DNA of 64,000 bases from Dehalococcoidia bacterium (GCA_034422655.1 DAOUJN010000039.1:80937-144936); one strand, 5' to 3'; positions 34,069-43,928 are shown, counted from the stretch's first letter. Notes: generated by a model from the letters alone, not told the origin. A program made the numbers and translations.

Positions 34069-35976
34069 CTATTGTGGCACGGTCTTTATGTATTCCAGGT
34101 GGGTGTAGAAACCGCTGATGAAACCGGGGAACACATAGCTCTCAATGTACTTGGGGTTTATCGCAATGTCGGGCGCTACGTCGAACATGGGCAGGGCGCA
34201 GAAATTGTCGTAACAGAAGTCGCCCATGTCGCGCATGATGCGGGTGCGTTCGGTTGGGTTAATCGTTACGTTCAACTCTTCGATCTTGGAGTCCAGGAAC
34301 GGATCCACATAGGTGCGCACGGAGCCGCAGGTGCAGTAGTAGGTCTCCAGGTGGTAGACGGTGTAGCTGTAGCCTGCGGAACCGGACAGGGTGTTGTGAA
34401 TGTCCCAGGCCCTCCTTTGGGAACGAATCTTGCTCCCTTCGATGTTCGCCAGGGTAGGCTTCAAGCCAATGGCTTCAAAGTCAAGCGCGATAGCCTGTCC
34501 AATGTCCATTATCTCGGGCAGAGCGGGGTTGGAATCCAGGGCCAGCGTGAACTCGAAGCCGTCGGGGTAGCCGGCCGCTGCCAGCAATTGCTGGGCCGCT
34601 TCGGGGTCGTACCCGTACATGGCGTCCCAGCGCTCCGCCCATTCGGGATTTATCAGGCCGGGCCAGACCACCTCGTCCAGGGCGGTGAACTTCACGTAGG
34701 AGGGTATCTGCACCTTGGCTCCGGGCAGCAATGCCTGGGCTATGGCTTCCCGGTTGACGGCCTTGGACATGGCCTGGCGGACTTCCTTAATCAGCATCGG
34801 GTTAGTGGGGTCAAGGTCGTCCGGCCTGGTATGGAAATTGCCCCAGAAGGTCCAGTGGTGCTGGATACCCGGAAATTCGCCATTCGCAAACTCGAAGCCG
34901 CGGCTGGTTACTTCATCACGTATGGCGCGCTCGATGACCGACAGGTGCACCTGTTCGGTCAGCAGGGAGGCCAGCCTGGTTTGGGACTCGGCGATGGCGC
35001 GGAACTCAAGCTGGTGGTATTCGGGCACCACGCGCCAGTGCTCGTCTGCGGCGTCATACAAAACGTGAGAGCCTTCCACCCGCTCCACGTACGACATGGG
35101 GCCGGTGCCGACAATCTTCTCGCCCATGCCTTCGTCACCCACCGCGTCCCAGCGGGCCTTGCTTTCCATGGGGAGGTTGCGGCGCTTGCCCAGGTTGAAC
35201 AGGGCCTCAGGCAGGACGATGCCGAGGTGGATAATCACCTCGTGGTCGTCGACAATTTCAACTACCTCTTCAGCGCGGGCGAGGGTGGTTGCCTCGTCGT
35301 CGCCCCGGCTGGTTCCCATAATCTTGCGCCAGGTGCTGGCGCCGCTGGGGGCGGCCGTGGGCTGCACCAGCAGCCACATGGAATGTCTCACGTCCTCGGC
35401 GGTGAACTCGCCCCAGCCGTCTTGCCACTGGATGTCCTCGCGGAGCTTGAAAGTCCAGTCTTTGCCGTTATCCGCGATGGCCCACTCGGTGGCCAGCTCG
35501 GCCGTGTAGCCGCCCGACTCATTGTCCACGCCCACCAGGTACTCAAGCACGGGCCACTTGTCCAGGAAACCGCTGATGTTGACTTTGTAGGAATAGTTGG
35601 AATCCCAGGACTGGCCGCCGACGGCAACGGCTACCTTGTCCAGGCGCTCCGAGACGGCCTTGGCTTCCACCACTTGTACCGGAATGGGAGTGGGGATGAC
35701 CACCCGCTCAACGATTTTCTCGGAAGGAATCTCCTTGATGATTTCCTTCTCTACCGTGACCTCTACGGGGACTTCCCGGATTATTTCCTTTTCAATCTCG
35801 ACAGGAACTTCCCTTACGACCTCTCTTTGCACTTCCACCTCAAGAGGGACTTCCCGGATTACCTCCTTTTCCACGACCTGTGGGGCGGCAGAACCGCAGC
35901 CTACTATAAGAGTAAGGATAAGAGCTAACGAGACGCTTAGAAGAAACCTGCTTTTTCCAGATAATTTGCTGACCAA
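34069..35976 (-). CDS. Family-5 (DppA/OppA/NikA-like) ABC substrate-binding lipoprotein with a repeat tether
   Basis: TTG start at 35976 after GGAGGTG. Lipobox LIVGC, then an EVPVEV-type repeat tether of about 75 aa, then an SBP_bac_5 core. Confidence 0.8.
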   Translation of the reverse strand: MVSKLSGKSRFLLSVSLALILTLIVGCGSAAPQVVEKEVIREVPLEVEVQREVVREVPVEIEKEIIREVPVEVTVEKEIIKEIPSEKIVERVVIPTPIPVQVVEAKAVSERLDKVAVAVGGQSWDSNYSYKVNISGFLDKWPVLEYLVGVDNESGGYTAELATEWAIADNGKDWTFKLREDIQWQDGWGEFTAEDVRHSMWLLVQPTAAPSGASTWRKIMGTSRGDDEATTLARAEEVVEIVDDHEVIIHLGIVLPEALFNLGKRRNLPMESKARWDAVGDEGMGEKIVGTGPMSYVERVEGSHVLYDAADEHWRVVPEYHQLEFRAIAESQTRLASLLTEQVHLSVIERAIRDEVTSRGFEFANGEFPGIQHHWTFWGNFHTRPDDLDPTNPMLIKEVRQAMSKAVNREAIAQALLPGAKVQIPSYVKFTALDEVVWPGLINPEWAERWDAMYGYDPEAAQQLLAAAGYPDGFEFTLALDSNPALPEIMDIGQAIALDFEAIGLKPTLANIEGSKIRSQRRAWDIHNTLSGSAGYSYTVYHLETYYCTCGSVRTYVDPFLDSKIEELNVTINPTERTRIMRDMGDFCYDNFCALPMFDVAPDIAINPKYIESYVFPGFISGFYTHLEYIKTVPQ

Positions 35977-36246
35977 GTAACACCTCCGGATGAAGCGCCC
36001 TGTTTGGGCCGATTGGGGAAGACTGAATCGGCGCCCTGAGTACCAAATACAAGGCAGATGCCAGTGTCCCCCTTCCGCATGGGAGCAACTTCGGCAGAGT
36101 ATAGATTTCACATAATGCGATGTCAAACCGAATGTAAATGCGTTTGCACCGGCAGCCATGGTTACGATACCGGGCAAATTAAAGGGCCCGAGGGGATAAA
36201 ATCCTGCTCGGGCCTTGCACTTTCCGGTTGCCGGGAGGAGCTATTT

Positions 36247-36588
36247 CTAAAGGTCTTCCGCCGGCGTTACCTGCAGGGTGATGTTGTAGCCGTCGGGGTA
36301 GGTGGTGGTGTGGCCCTTGCCCGTCAGGTCCTCGATGAGGCGGACGTCGCCGGGGTTGAAGGTCTGGGAAGTGCCGTCGCTGAGGCCGATGATGGTGCGC
36401 CCCACAATGCCCACCTGCCAGCGGCGGCGCGGGGCCGGATGATAGTCCGAGAAATGCCCCGGTTCCCGCTGGGAAACGCTGAACTCCATCCTCGCCCCTT
36501 CCAGGCGGATTCCCTTGATGGCATCTTCGGACAGTTCGTCGATATGGGTCTCGCCGTCGTCGCCCGTGTACATCCTGTAAACGCCCAT
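36247..36588 (-). CDS. Small cupin-like protein
   Basis: ATG at 36588 after AGGAG. 113 aa and beta-rich; the family call is weak. Confidence 0.4.
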   Translation of the reverse strand: MGVYRMYTGDDGETHIDELSEDAIKGIRLEGARMEFSVSQREPGHFSDYHPAPRRRWQVGIVGRTIIGLSDGTSQTFNPGDVRLIEDLTGKGHTTTYPDGYNITLQVTPAEDL

Positions 36589-36713
36589 TATTTCCGCTCC
36601 TGTTAGGTGGTGTATGTGTTCTGCCGTCGAAGGGGCCGGAGCGCAAGGCTGTTGCTGATGGACAATCCACTCCGGTCCAGGGCCGGAACACCGCTGGCAG
36701 TGTACCACAAGGG

Positions 36714-37721
36714 TCAGGGGGCGAACTGCCGCCGGTACAGGTCATCCAGTTGGCGCAGGATGTCCTCGGGAATTCTGAGCAAGTCGGAGCAGGTCGCCGC
36801 CTCTGCCACCTCTGCCGTGGACTTGAAGCCCGGCGCCACCGTGGCGATGGCGGGGTTGTCCAGGCAGAAGCGCAGGGCAGCACCGGAGAGGGTTGAGTAC
36901 ATATTCGCCAGCAGCGGCCGGAGGGTCATGGCCCGGGCGTGGTCCCGCGCTAACTCGGTGCCCGGGGCCGTTTCCCGGTCCAGCCGGTCGGCCAGCGCGC
37001 CGGCGGCGTGGGAGCGTATGCCTATCACGCCGACGTTGTGGGCCAGGGCGACGGGCAGGGCCTGGCCCTGGTCCAGGTCGTCAAAGCCCGGAGGCGGGGC
37101 CGAAAGGGCCGTGCGGTTAAGCAGGTTGTAGAGAACCTGGGCGGTGTCAAATACGCCGCTGGCCATGATTTCCTCAATGGCCTCGCGGTCGCCGTCCCAG
37201 GCGGTGATGCCGATGAACCTGGCCTTGCCCTCGGCAACAACCTGCCGCATGGCATCGCCCAGGGCCAGGCAGTCTTCCCTGTCAAGCAGCAGCGCGTACC
37301 GCGGCGGCGGGCCCACAGCGGCCACGTACTGCCCCCGCTGGGCGCCCACCTGGTGGTGCACCTGGAGGATGTCAACGTAATCGGTCCCCAGCCTGGCCAG
37401 GCTTTGTTCCACCGAGTTGCGGAGAGCGGCGACCATGCTTTCGGCGCTGGCCCGGTCGTCCTCGGTTTGCAGTCTTACCTTGGTGGCGATGATGGCGTCC
37501 TGGCGCCGGCCGGCCAGGCCCCGGCCCAGGTTTTCCTCGGACCTGCCGCCGCCGTACATGGGCGACGTGTCAAAAAAGTTGATGCCCAGTTCCAGGGCCC
37601 GTCGGACGGCGCTGATGCACTCTTCGTCCGTCGTGGGGCCCCAGACGTGGCCGATGCCGGCGCCGCCGAAGCCCACCTCCGATACTTGCAGGCCGGTGCG
37701 GCCCAGGGTTCGATATTTCAC
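36714..37721 (-). CDS. Aldo/keto reductase
   Basis: MKYRTLGRTGLQVSEVGFG...INFFDTSPMYG... AKR signature. Confidence 0.88.
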   Translation of the reverse strand: MKYRTLGRTGLQVSEVGFGGAGIGHVWGPTTDEECISAVRRALELGINFFDTSPMYGGGRSEENLGRGLAGRRQDAIIATKVRLQTEDDRASAESMVAALRNSVEQSLARLGTDYVDILQVHHQVGAQRGQYVAAVGPPPRYALLLDREDCLALGDAMRQVVAEGKARFIGITAWDGDREAIEEIMASGVFDTAQVLYNLLNRTALSAPPPGFDDLDQGQALPVALAHNVGVIGIRSHAAGALADRLDRETAPGTELARDHARAMTLRPLLANMYSTLSGAALRFCLDNPAIATVAPGFKSTAEVAEAATCSDLLRIPEDILRQLDDLYRRQFAP

Positions 37722-37823
37722 GGTTGCTCCATGTTGCAGGTGTGGCAGAAGGTTGAACTGTCCGGCGGCAGTTGTCCCCGAAATGCTGCGGGGCGCCGAA
37801 TGATGCCGGTCCGGGCAGCAGAA

Positions 37824-37848
37824 AGCGCTTGCTAGACCGGCAAGCGCT
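37824..37848 (-). terminator. Perfect 9-bp hairpin downstream of the aldolase gene
   Basis: AGCGCTTGC-N7-GCAAGCGCT with a weak T-tract. Confidence 0.35.
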
Positions 37849-37876
37849 GACGTGGGGTTCCTTATTATATATGGCT

Positions 37877-38659
37877 TTACATGCCCGTTTCGGCGGCCGA
37901 AGAGCGCATGGCGTTCAGGTAGTCGACGCTGGACGTCTGGAGCAGGGTGCCCACGTTACCGTGGAAGTACTGGACGCCCATGCCCAGGAACTTGGGCACC
38001 AGGTTGTCGGGGCAGCTTACGCCGGCGACACGGCCCGCGTCGCGGATAATCTTGACTCCCTTCTCCATCTGGGCCTGGACCTCCGGGTGGGTATTCTGCC
38101 CGGGGTAACCCATGGACTGGGAGAGGTCTCCGGAGCCAATGAAAAAGACGTCCACGCCGTCCACGGTAACCAGTTCCTCCAGGTTATCGATGGCTTCCAC
38201 CTCTTCCAGCATCAGGCATACCAAGGTGTTGGCGTTGGCGTCCTTTACGTAATCGGAGGTGGAACCGACGAACCCGTAACCCGCGGGACGCCCCCGGCTG
38301 AAGATGCCCCGGTGGCCTTCGGGATAGTACTTGACGGCATCCACGGCGGCCCTGGCCTCGTCGGCGGTGTTGACGTGGGGCACCTGCACGCCCCACGCTC
38401 CCCGGTCCAGGAAGGGGGCGATGATCTCGGGCTTGTTGGCCACCGGGCGGACTATTGGCGCAATGCCGCTGAGTTCGGCGGCGCGCACCATGTCCTCGGA
38501 GTTGTCCACGGTGATGGAGCCGTGCTCGTTATCGATGAGCACCCAGTCAAAGCCCAGGGCGCCCAGCATCTCCACGACGGGGGCAGAGGGAAAGGTAATC
38601 ATTACGCCGAAAACGGCCTTGCCCGCCTCCAGCTTGCTTTTAAGGGTGTTCTCCCGCAT
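37877..38659 (-). CDS. HpcH/HpaI-family aldolase
   Basis: ATG at 38659 after GAGAGGAG. GVMITFPSAPVVEMLGALGFDWVLIDNEHG motif. Confidence 0.85.
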   Translation of the reverse strand: MRENTLKSKLEAGKAVFGVMITFPSAPVVEMLGALGFDWVLIDNEHGSITVDNSEDMVRAAELSGIAPIVRPVANKPEIIAPFLDRGAWGVQVPHVNTADEARAAVDAVKYYPEGHRGIFSRGRPAGYGFVGSTSDYVKDANANTLVCLMLEEVEAIDNLEELVTVDGVDVFFIGSGDLSQSMGYPGQNTHPEVQAQMEKGVKIIRDAGRVAGVSCPDNLVPKFLGMGVQYFHGNVGTLLQTSSVDYLNAMRSSAAETGM

Positions 38660-38660
38660 G

Positions 38661-39209
38661 TTAGCTCCTCTCGCGCAGGCTGCGGCGGGCGCCGGTTGCG
38701 TCTTCGTCGTTAAAGGTGATTCGGCTGGGTTCCGTTTCGGGCAGCCGGTAAAGTCCGACGACATAGCGCCGCAAAAACGTGCCGGCAATGATGCCCGCAA
38801 TAGTTGATAAACCGGCCGACGTGGCCCCCGCCAGGACGGCCAACGGCTTAGTCTCCATCGCCTGGCCGTCCACGCTGTCCATCTGGATGATGGCGAAGAA
38901 AATACCCAGAGCAATGCCCGCTACTATAGCAATGATGGCGCCGATGATCAGGCCCCGGTACTTGGTCCACAGGCTCCGTTCGTGGTGCCAGATCATGGAT
39001 TCCGTGATTATTACCACCGCGGCTCCGGTCAATATTCCAATGACGCCCCAGCCGACCGCTTCGCCCATAAGGACGGGGGGCAGGTGCCGGGGATTGGGTT
39101 CGATGTAAAGCCAAAGCAGGCTGACCAGGGCCGCTATGGGTACCACGGCGATGCAGATGGCCACAATCGCCAGGACGAACAGGCCCGCTACCAACTTGTT
39201 GTCGTTCAA
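38661..39209 (-). CDS. Hypothetical polytopic membrane protein
   Basis: 5-6 TM. The stop lies 1 nt before the aldolase ATG. No family recognised. Confidence 0.45.
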   Translation of the reverse strand: MNDNKLVAGLFVLAIVAICIAVVPIAALVSLLWLYIEPNPRHLPPVLMGEAVGWGVIGILTGAAVVIITESMIWHHERSLWTKYRGLIIGAIIAIVAGIALGIFFAIIQMDSVDGQAMETKPLAVLAGATSAGLSTIAGIIAGTFLRRYVVGLYRLPETEPSRITFNDEDATGARRSLRERS

Positions 39210-39468
39210 TTTCCCTCCCGCTGTGATATCAATTGCCTGGTATTAATGTTGCTAAGGGATGTTCTGTATCTGTAATCTTAAACGACGTTTCACCATTTCA
39301 CCAATAGAATCTTAATATGAACACAATCACGGGTCAATTATCAAAGTGCCAAATGATGAAGGTGTCACACAATAACAGTTTCTGACAAGAGACAGAATGC
39401 GGTGGACAGTACGTTTTCCTGCCAGCGCAAGTCCAGTTCATGGCCAATGTAAGACCGCCAAAAACCTA

Positions 39469-39497
39469 TTGACATGCCCCGGTCGAGTGTATATATT
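39469..39497 (+). promoter_or_regulatory. Near-consensus promoter TTGACA-N17-TATATT
   Basis: Read directly from the sequence. Lies about 190 nt upstream of the SBP start, in an AT-rich divergent intergenic region. Confidence 0.6.
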
Positions 39498-39689
39498 GCT
39501 GTGGATTAAATTCGGCGGCAGTTTGCGAAGCCGTTTTCTATGCGTTTGGAACGCATTGGGAATGTCGTAAGTTTGTTATAGGAGGTGGTTTGCCTAAAGT
39601 ATGGGATATTATGAATAGTCCCTTGTCAGCCACTTCGCTGAATTTTGGACTACGAAGATCTGTTCCGATAGATTTGGAGGTTTTTGGAA

Positions 39690-41567
39690 ATGTCCAACCA
39701 TTGGTTTAAGGGATCTAAAGGACTTGTAATAGCGCCGATTCTGGTGATAGCGCTTCTGGCTGCTGTTGCCTGCGGTGCCGCCGCCACTGCGACGCCCGTG
39801 CCCACTGTGGCACCTACGGAGGCCCCGGCCCCCGAGCCTGCGCCGGCCGAAACGATGGCGGAGCCCACCGCGATGCCGGAAGCCATGCCCGAGCCTGCGG
39901 ATGACATGATGGCCGGTGCTAAAACCGCCCCGACCTTCGCGGAGTATTGGACGCCGGACACGGATTTCTATGGCGAACCCGTTTACGGCGGCACGCTCCG
40001 GATTAACTATGAAGACCCGCTGGAGCACGCCAACACCTGGGGCGCTTCCACCGGCGCCGCAACTCGTTTGCGGGGCGCCACTCACAACCGCATCGTTTCC
40101 GACAGCCCGTATGACAATACAAAGATCATTCCCGACCTGGCCAAGGGCTGGACCATTGACGACGATGTGGCCGGCGCCACCTTCTATTTCCACGATAATA
40201 TTACCTGGCATAACGGCGACCCATTCGTCTGCGAAGATGCTCGTTTCACCTTCGAGACGTGGATAACCGGCAAGGGCGTTACCGCCAGTTCCAATAAAGC
40301 AAACTTCAGCTTCATCGACATGGATAATTCCAGCTGCCTGGACGACCATACCCTGTACCTGAAGTACGAGGGTCCCACGGCGCCGGCGATGCTGGCTCTG
40401 ACCCGCTCCAATGCGCTCATGTTCAACAAGAACTGGTTCCTGGAGAACGGCGAGGATGCCATGTTCCAGGACCTTTCCATGGGGACCGGCCCCTACGTCT
40501 GGCAGGAAGGCCAGAGCGTTGGCATCGATGAGCAGAATTTCGACAGGAACCCCAACTACTTCAAGGGCAACGGCGCGCTGCCCTACGTGGACCATCTGGT
40601 CCTCTTCGGCATCCTGGACGAGACGACCCAGCAGGCCACCATGCTGGCCCACCAGACCGACTGGCACTGGGTCCGGAACTGGGGCCAGTACCGGGAGTAC
40701 GTTGACCACGAACAGATAATGACGGTGGTCCGGGCCACCCGCGGCCACTTCGAGATCTGGCTGAACGCCCGTAACGCTCCCTGGGACAACGTTCGCGTCC
40801 GCCAGGCCGTGTTCATGGGTATGGACCGCGAGGCTGGCATCCAGGTGCTGCAGGACGGCCACGGCGCCCAGGGCTTCGTCATGGTTCCCGGCGGCGCCTG
40901 GGCCTTGAGTGAGGAGCAAGGGTGCGCGGTTCCCGGCTGGTGCCAGGCCGCCGACATGGAAGCCCAGCGCCAGGAAGCCATCCAGATTCTGAACGAAGAG
41001 AACTTCGATTTCGACAAGACCTACCTGTTCACCGTTGAGTCCGACGCCCAGGTAGTGGCCCGCGCCACCTTCGTGCAGGAGCAGTTGCGCCTGTTGGGCA
41101 TCAAGACCGACTTCGACCAGGTGGAGACCGTAGCCTACCGGGAACAGGAAGCCAAGGGAACCTGGGGCGACTTCCTCCCCGGCAACGCCACAATGCCCAC
41201 CGACGATCCGGCCCTGGGCATGGGCTACTACTTCCGGTGCGACTCAGTGTCCAATCTCTGGACGCCGGGCGGCGTATGCGACGACGAAATGGAGTCACTG
41301 CTGGACCAGGCGCTGAGCGAAGGCGACCATGCCAGGCGGCAGGAAATCTCCGCCCAGATTCAGTTGAAGGCCATGAGGGAATACTGGAAGTACCCCTTGT
41401 ACTGGGAGCAGGAAGCCGTGGCTTTCTGGCCCGAGGTACGAGGCTACTTCCACCACCCGCAGCCTTCCGGCTCTCACACCCAGTACGAGCAGATGTGGAT
41501 TAACCCGGCCCACAAGGACGACCGGGACAACAGCGGCCAGACCACCGGCGTACCTGGAGGGGGCTAA
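39690..41567 (+). CDS. Family-5 ABC substrate-binding lipoprotein
   Basis: ATG at 39690 after GGAGG. Lipobox LAAVAC, a P/A/E/T tether, and an SBP_bac_5 core. Confidence 0.85.
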   Translation: MSNHWFKGSKGLVIAPILVIALLAAVACGAAATATPVPTVAPTEAPAPEPAPAETMAEPTAMPEAMPEPADDMMAGAKTAPTFAEYWTPDTDFYGEPVYGGTLRINYEDPLEHANTWGASTGAATRLRGATHNRIVSDSPYDNTKIIPDLAKGWTIDDDVAGATFYFHDNITWHNGDPFVCEDARFTFETWITGKGVTASSNKANFSFIDMDNSSCLDDHTLYLKYEGPTAPAMLALTRSNALMFNKNWFLENGEDAMFQDLSMGTGPYVWQEGQSVGIDEQNFDRNPNYFKGNGALPYVDHLVLFGILDETTQQATMLAHQTDWHWVRNWGQYREYVDHEQIMTVVRATRGHFEIWLNARNAPWDNVRVRQAVFMGMDREAGIQVLQDGHGAQGFVMVPGGAWALSEEQGCAVPGWCQAADMEAQRQEAIQILNEENFDFDKTYLFTVESDAQVVARATFVQEQLRLLGIKTDFDQVETVAYREQEAKGTWGDFLPGNATMPTDDPALGMGYYFRCDSVSNLWTPGGVCDDEMESLLDQALSEGDHARRQEISAQIQLKAMREYWKYPLYWEQEAVAFWPEVRGYFHHPQPSGSHTQYEQMWINPAHKDDRDNSGQTTGVPGGG

Positions 41568-41604
41568 CCCACCGGCTCATCAAATGAGTCAATTAGCATA
41601 AATG

Positions 41605-41640
41605 CAGGCCACTCACTTTCATGTGGGTGGCCTGTGTTAT
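41605..41640 (+). terminator. Hairpin attenuator between the SBP and permease genes
   Basis: CAGGCCAC-N14-GTGGCCTG followed by TGTTATAT. Confidence 0.4.
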
Positions 41641-41840
41641 ATCAGCAAATCTCTGTTGTGAAAAACCGATTTAGTAGCTGGATGTTGGTAATTCTTGAAG
41701 ATTGCCACCAAAATTAGGAAATTCCCCCCGAAATCAGAACTTTTCTCTTGTTTTTGTCGTATAATCTGACAACGGAAACCCTGGATTGACCCTGGACGGT
41801 CAGACATCAATTCCGGCAGGTTACCGGGGAGGTGCAGTAA

Positions 41841-42803
41841 ATGAGAACCTATCTGATTAAGCGGCTGCTTCTATTTGTTCCCACCGCTTTGTTGGTATCC
41901 GTCGTGATTTTCGGCGGGCTCCACATCATTCCCGGCGACTATGCCACGGTCCTTTTCCTGGGCAACGTAGAGGAGGCAGTTCAGGCCACTCCGGAGGAGA
42001 TTGAAGCCGTACGCGAGAAGCTGGGCCTCAATGGTTCTCCGCCTGAGCAATATGCCCGGTGGCTTGTCGAGTTTTTCAAGGGCGACTTTGGCACTTCCTG
42101 GACTAACCGAAAGCCGGTACTCGAGCGAATGGCGCCCCGTATTGCCCTTAGTGTCGAATTAGGCGCCCTGGCAATCGCCCTCGCCTGTATCCTGGGCACG
42201 GTGGGTGGAGTCATCTCCGCGGTGCGCCAGGATACCTGGATCGACTATATCCTGCGGGGTTGCAGCATGACCTTGCAGGCAATGCCCAGCTTCTGGCTGG
42301 CCCTCATGGTGATAATGGGGCTGGTTATAATATTCGGCTGGAAACCATCGATTGAATATCGTCACATCTGGGTAGACCCCGTGCGCAACCTCTCGGTGCT
42401 GTTGCTCCCAGCCTTCCTGGTAGGGCTGCGCAGTTCGGCCGAGATTTTACGGATGACCCGTTCCTCCGTACTGGAGGTGCTGCGGGAAGACTACGTGCGC
42501 ACTGCTGAGGCCAAGGGTCTGTACCGCTCCAAGGTGTTGGGAAGGCACGTGCTGCGTAATGCGCTGCTTCCGGTAACCACTTTGGCCGGATTTGAGATTG
42601 TGTTCGCGATGAGTGGCTCGGTAATCATCGAGTCGGTGTTCAACCTGCACGGCCTGGGCAAGCTCTTTATACAAGCGGTAGGCTCCAGGGACTACCCAGT
42701 GGTTCAGGCCATCGTCATGTTCGTGGCCATGGTGGTGCTTGTGGCCAACCTGGTGGTCGACATCATGTACGCCTGGCTGGACCCCAGAATCCGGTACACC
42801 TAG
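41841..42803 (+). CDS. ABC transporter permease (DppB-like)
   Basis: RBS GGAGGTG. MRTYLIKRLLLFVP start, EDYVRTAEAKG, and DPRIRY end. Confidence 0.85.
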   Translation: MRTYLIKRLLLFVPTALLVSVVIFGGLHIIPGDYATVLFLGNVEEAVQATPEEIEAVREKLGLNGSPPEQYARWLVEFFKGDFGTSWTNRKPVLERMAPRIALSVELGALAIALACILGTVGGVISAVRQDTWIDYILRGCSMTLQAMPSFWLALMVIMGLVIIFGWKPSIEYRHIWVDPVRNLSVLLLPAFLVGLRSSAEILRMTRSSVLEVLREDYVRTAEAKGLYRSKVLGRHVLRNALLPVTTLAGFEIVFAMSGSVIIESVFNLHGLGKLFIQAVGSRDYPVVQAIVMFVAMVVLVANLVVDIMYAWLDPRIRYT

Positions 42804-42935
42804 AGATGTGACACATTCTCGGAAGGGGGTTCCGCTTTACATTGGGGCCTCCCTCCGGCGAATAATCCAATGGCTGACCCGGGATTCAGCCCTTTCCGGT
42901 TGCCGAATTCGGCATTTTCGCGATGAGGAAATGAA

Positions 42936-43856
42936 ATGGCTACTCCAAATGAGACTACCAACGCCGAAACGATAAGAGAGAATCTGATTGCCTCAGAGCC
43001 GCCCCGGCGCCCTGGCATGTTCAAGTACATGCTCTATTACTTCAGGCACAAGCTGCTTGGCACGGTGGGCCTGATTATTTGTACGGTAATGATTCTCACG
43101 GCGATTTTCGCCGACGTAATCGCCCCTTATACCTACCAGGAGCAGAACTACGAGGCGGTGCTGGCCGCCCCGAGTACTGATTTCTTCTTCGGCACCGACA
43201 ACTTCGGCAGGGACATCTTCTCCCGGGTGGTGCATGGCGCCAGGATATCCATGCTGGTGGGATTTTTGGCCGTGATTGTGGGCACAGGAGTTGGCGCGAT
43301 TATCGGCCTGATTTCCGGGTTTTTCATGGGCAAGATCGACGCTATCGTTCAGAGAATTGTGGATGCGTGGATGTCCTTTCCGGACCTGATTCTGGCCCTG
43401 ACCATTGTGGCGGTGCTGGGAAACACCGTGCCCAACGTGATTTTCGCCATTGCCGCGACTATTTTGCCCCGCGGCGTACGGGTAATCCGGTCTTCCACCA
43501 TAGCGATCCGAGAAATGGACTACACCATGGCGGCCCGTTCCATCGGCGCCTCCGACTTGAGGACCATGGTGCGTCATATCATGCCCAATACTGTGGCGCC
43601 CTTCCTGATTATCATGTCGTCAATGTTTGGGACGGCGATTTTGACGGAGGCTGGTTTGAGCTACCTGGGCCTGGGTATTTCCGAGCCTACTCCCTCGTGG
43701 GGTAGGATGCTCACTGGACAAGCTGCCCAGTACGCGCCGTCAGCTCCCTGGATTCTCGCCTTCCCCGGCTTCTTCATTACCATAACGGTGATGGGCTTCG
43801 CCTTTTTCGGCGACGCGCTGCGGGACCTGTTTGACCCACGGCTGCGGGGGCGTTAG
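42936..43856 (+). CDS. ABC transporter permease (DppC-like)
   Basis: FADVIAPY...FGTDNFGRD motif and a BPD_transp_1 core. Confidence 0.85.
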   Translation: MATPNETTNAETIRENLIASEPPRRPGMFKYMLYYFRHKLLGTVGLIICTVMILTAIFADVIAPYTYQEQNYEAVLAAPSTDFFFGTDNFGRDIFSRVVHGARISMLVGFLAVIVGTGVGAIIGLISGFFMGKIDAIVQRIVDAWMSFPDLILALTIVAVLGNTVPNVIFAIAATILPRGVRVIRSSTIAIREMDYTMAARSIGASDLRTMVRHIMPNTVAPFLIIMSSMFGTAILTEAGLSYLGLGISEPTPSWGRMLTGQAAQYAPSAPWILAFPGFFITITVMGFAFFGDALRDLFDPRLRGR

Positions 43857-43896
43857 TCCTTTGCTTAAATCCCGGACCAGGTTCCAGGAAGTGATT

Positions 43897-43928
43897 ATCT
43901 CCCCCGATTCGGGGGAGATTCCTTTTTT
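43897..43928 (+). terminator. Canonical rho-independent terminator
   Basis: ATCTCCCCCG-att-CGGGGGAGAT followed by TCCTTTTTTG. Confidence 0.8.

Noticed and set aside
39601-39618. A mini-ORF (MGYYE) in the long SBP leader, as a possible leader peptide.
   Set aside because: The nearest SD-like sequence is about 13 nt away, and the peptide has no regulatory-codon logic. The support is insufficient.
41730-41780. A TATAAT hexamer (GTCGTATAATCTG) upstream of the permease genes, as a possible internal promoter.
   Set aside because: There is no acceptable -35 at 16-18 nt and no TG extension. It may still be a weak promoter, but the support is too thin to list.
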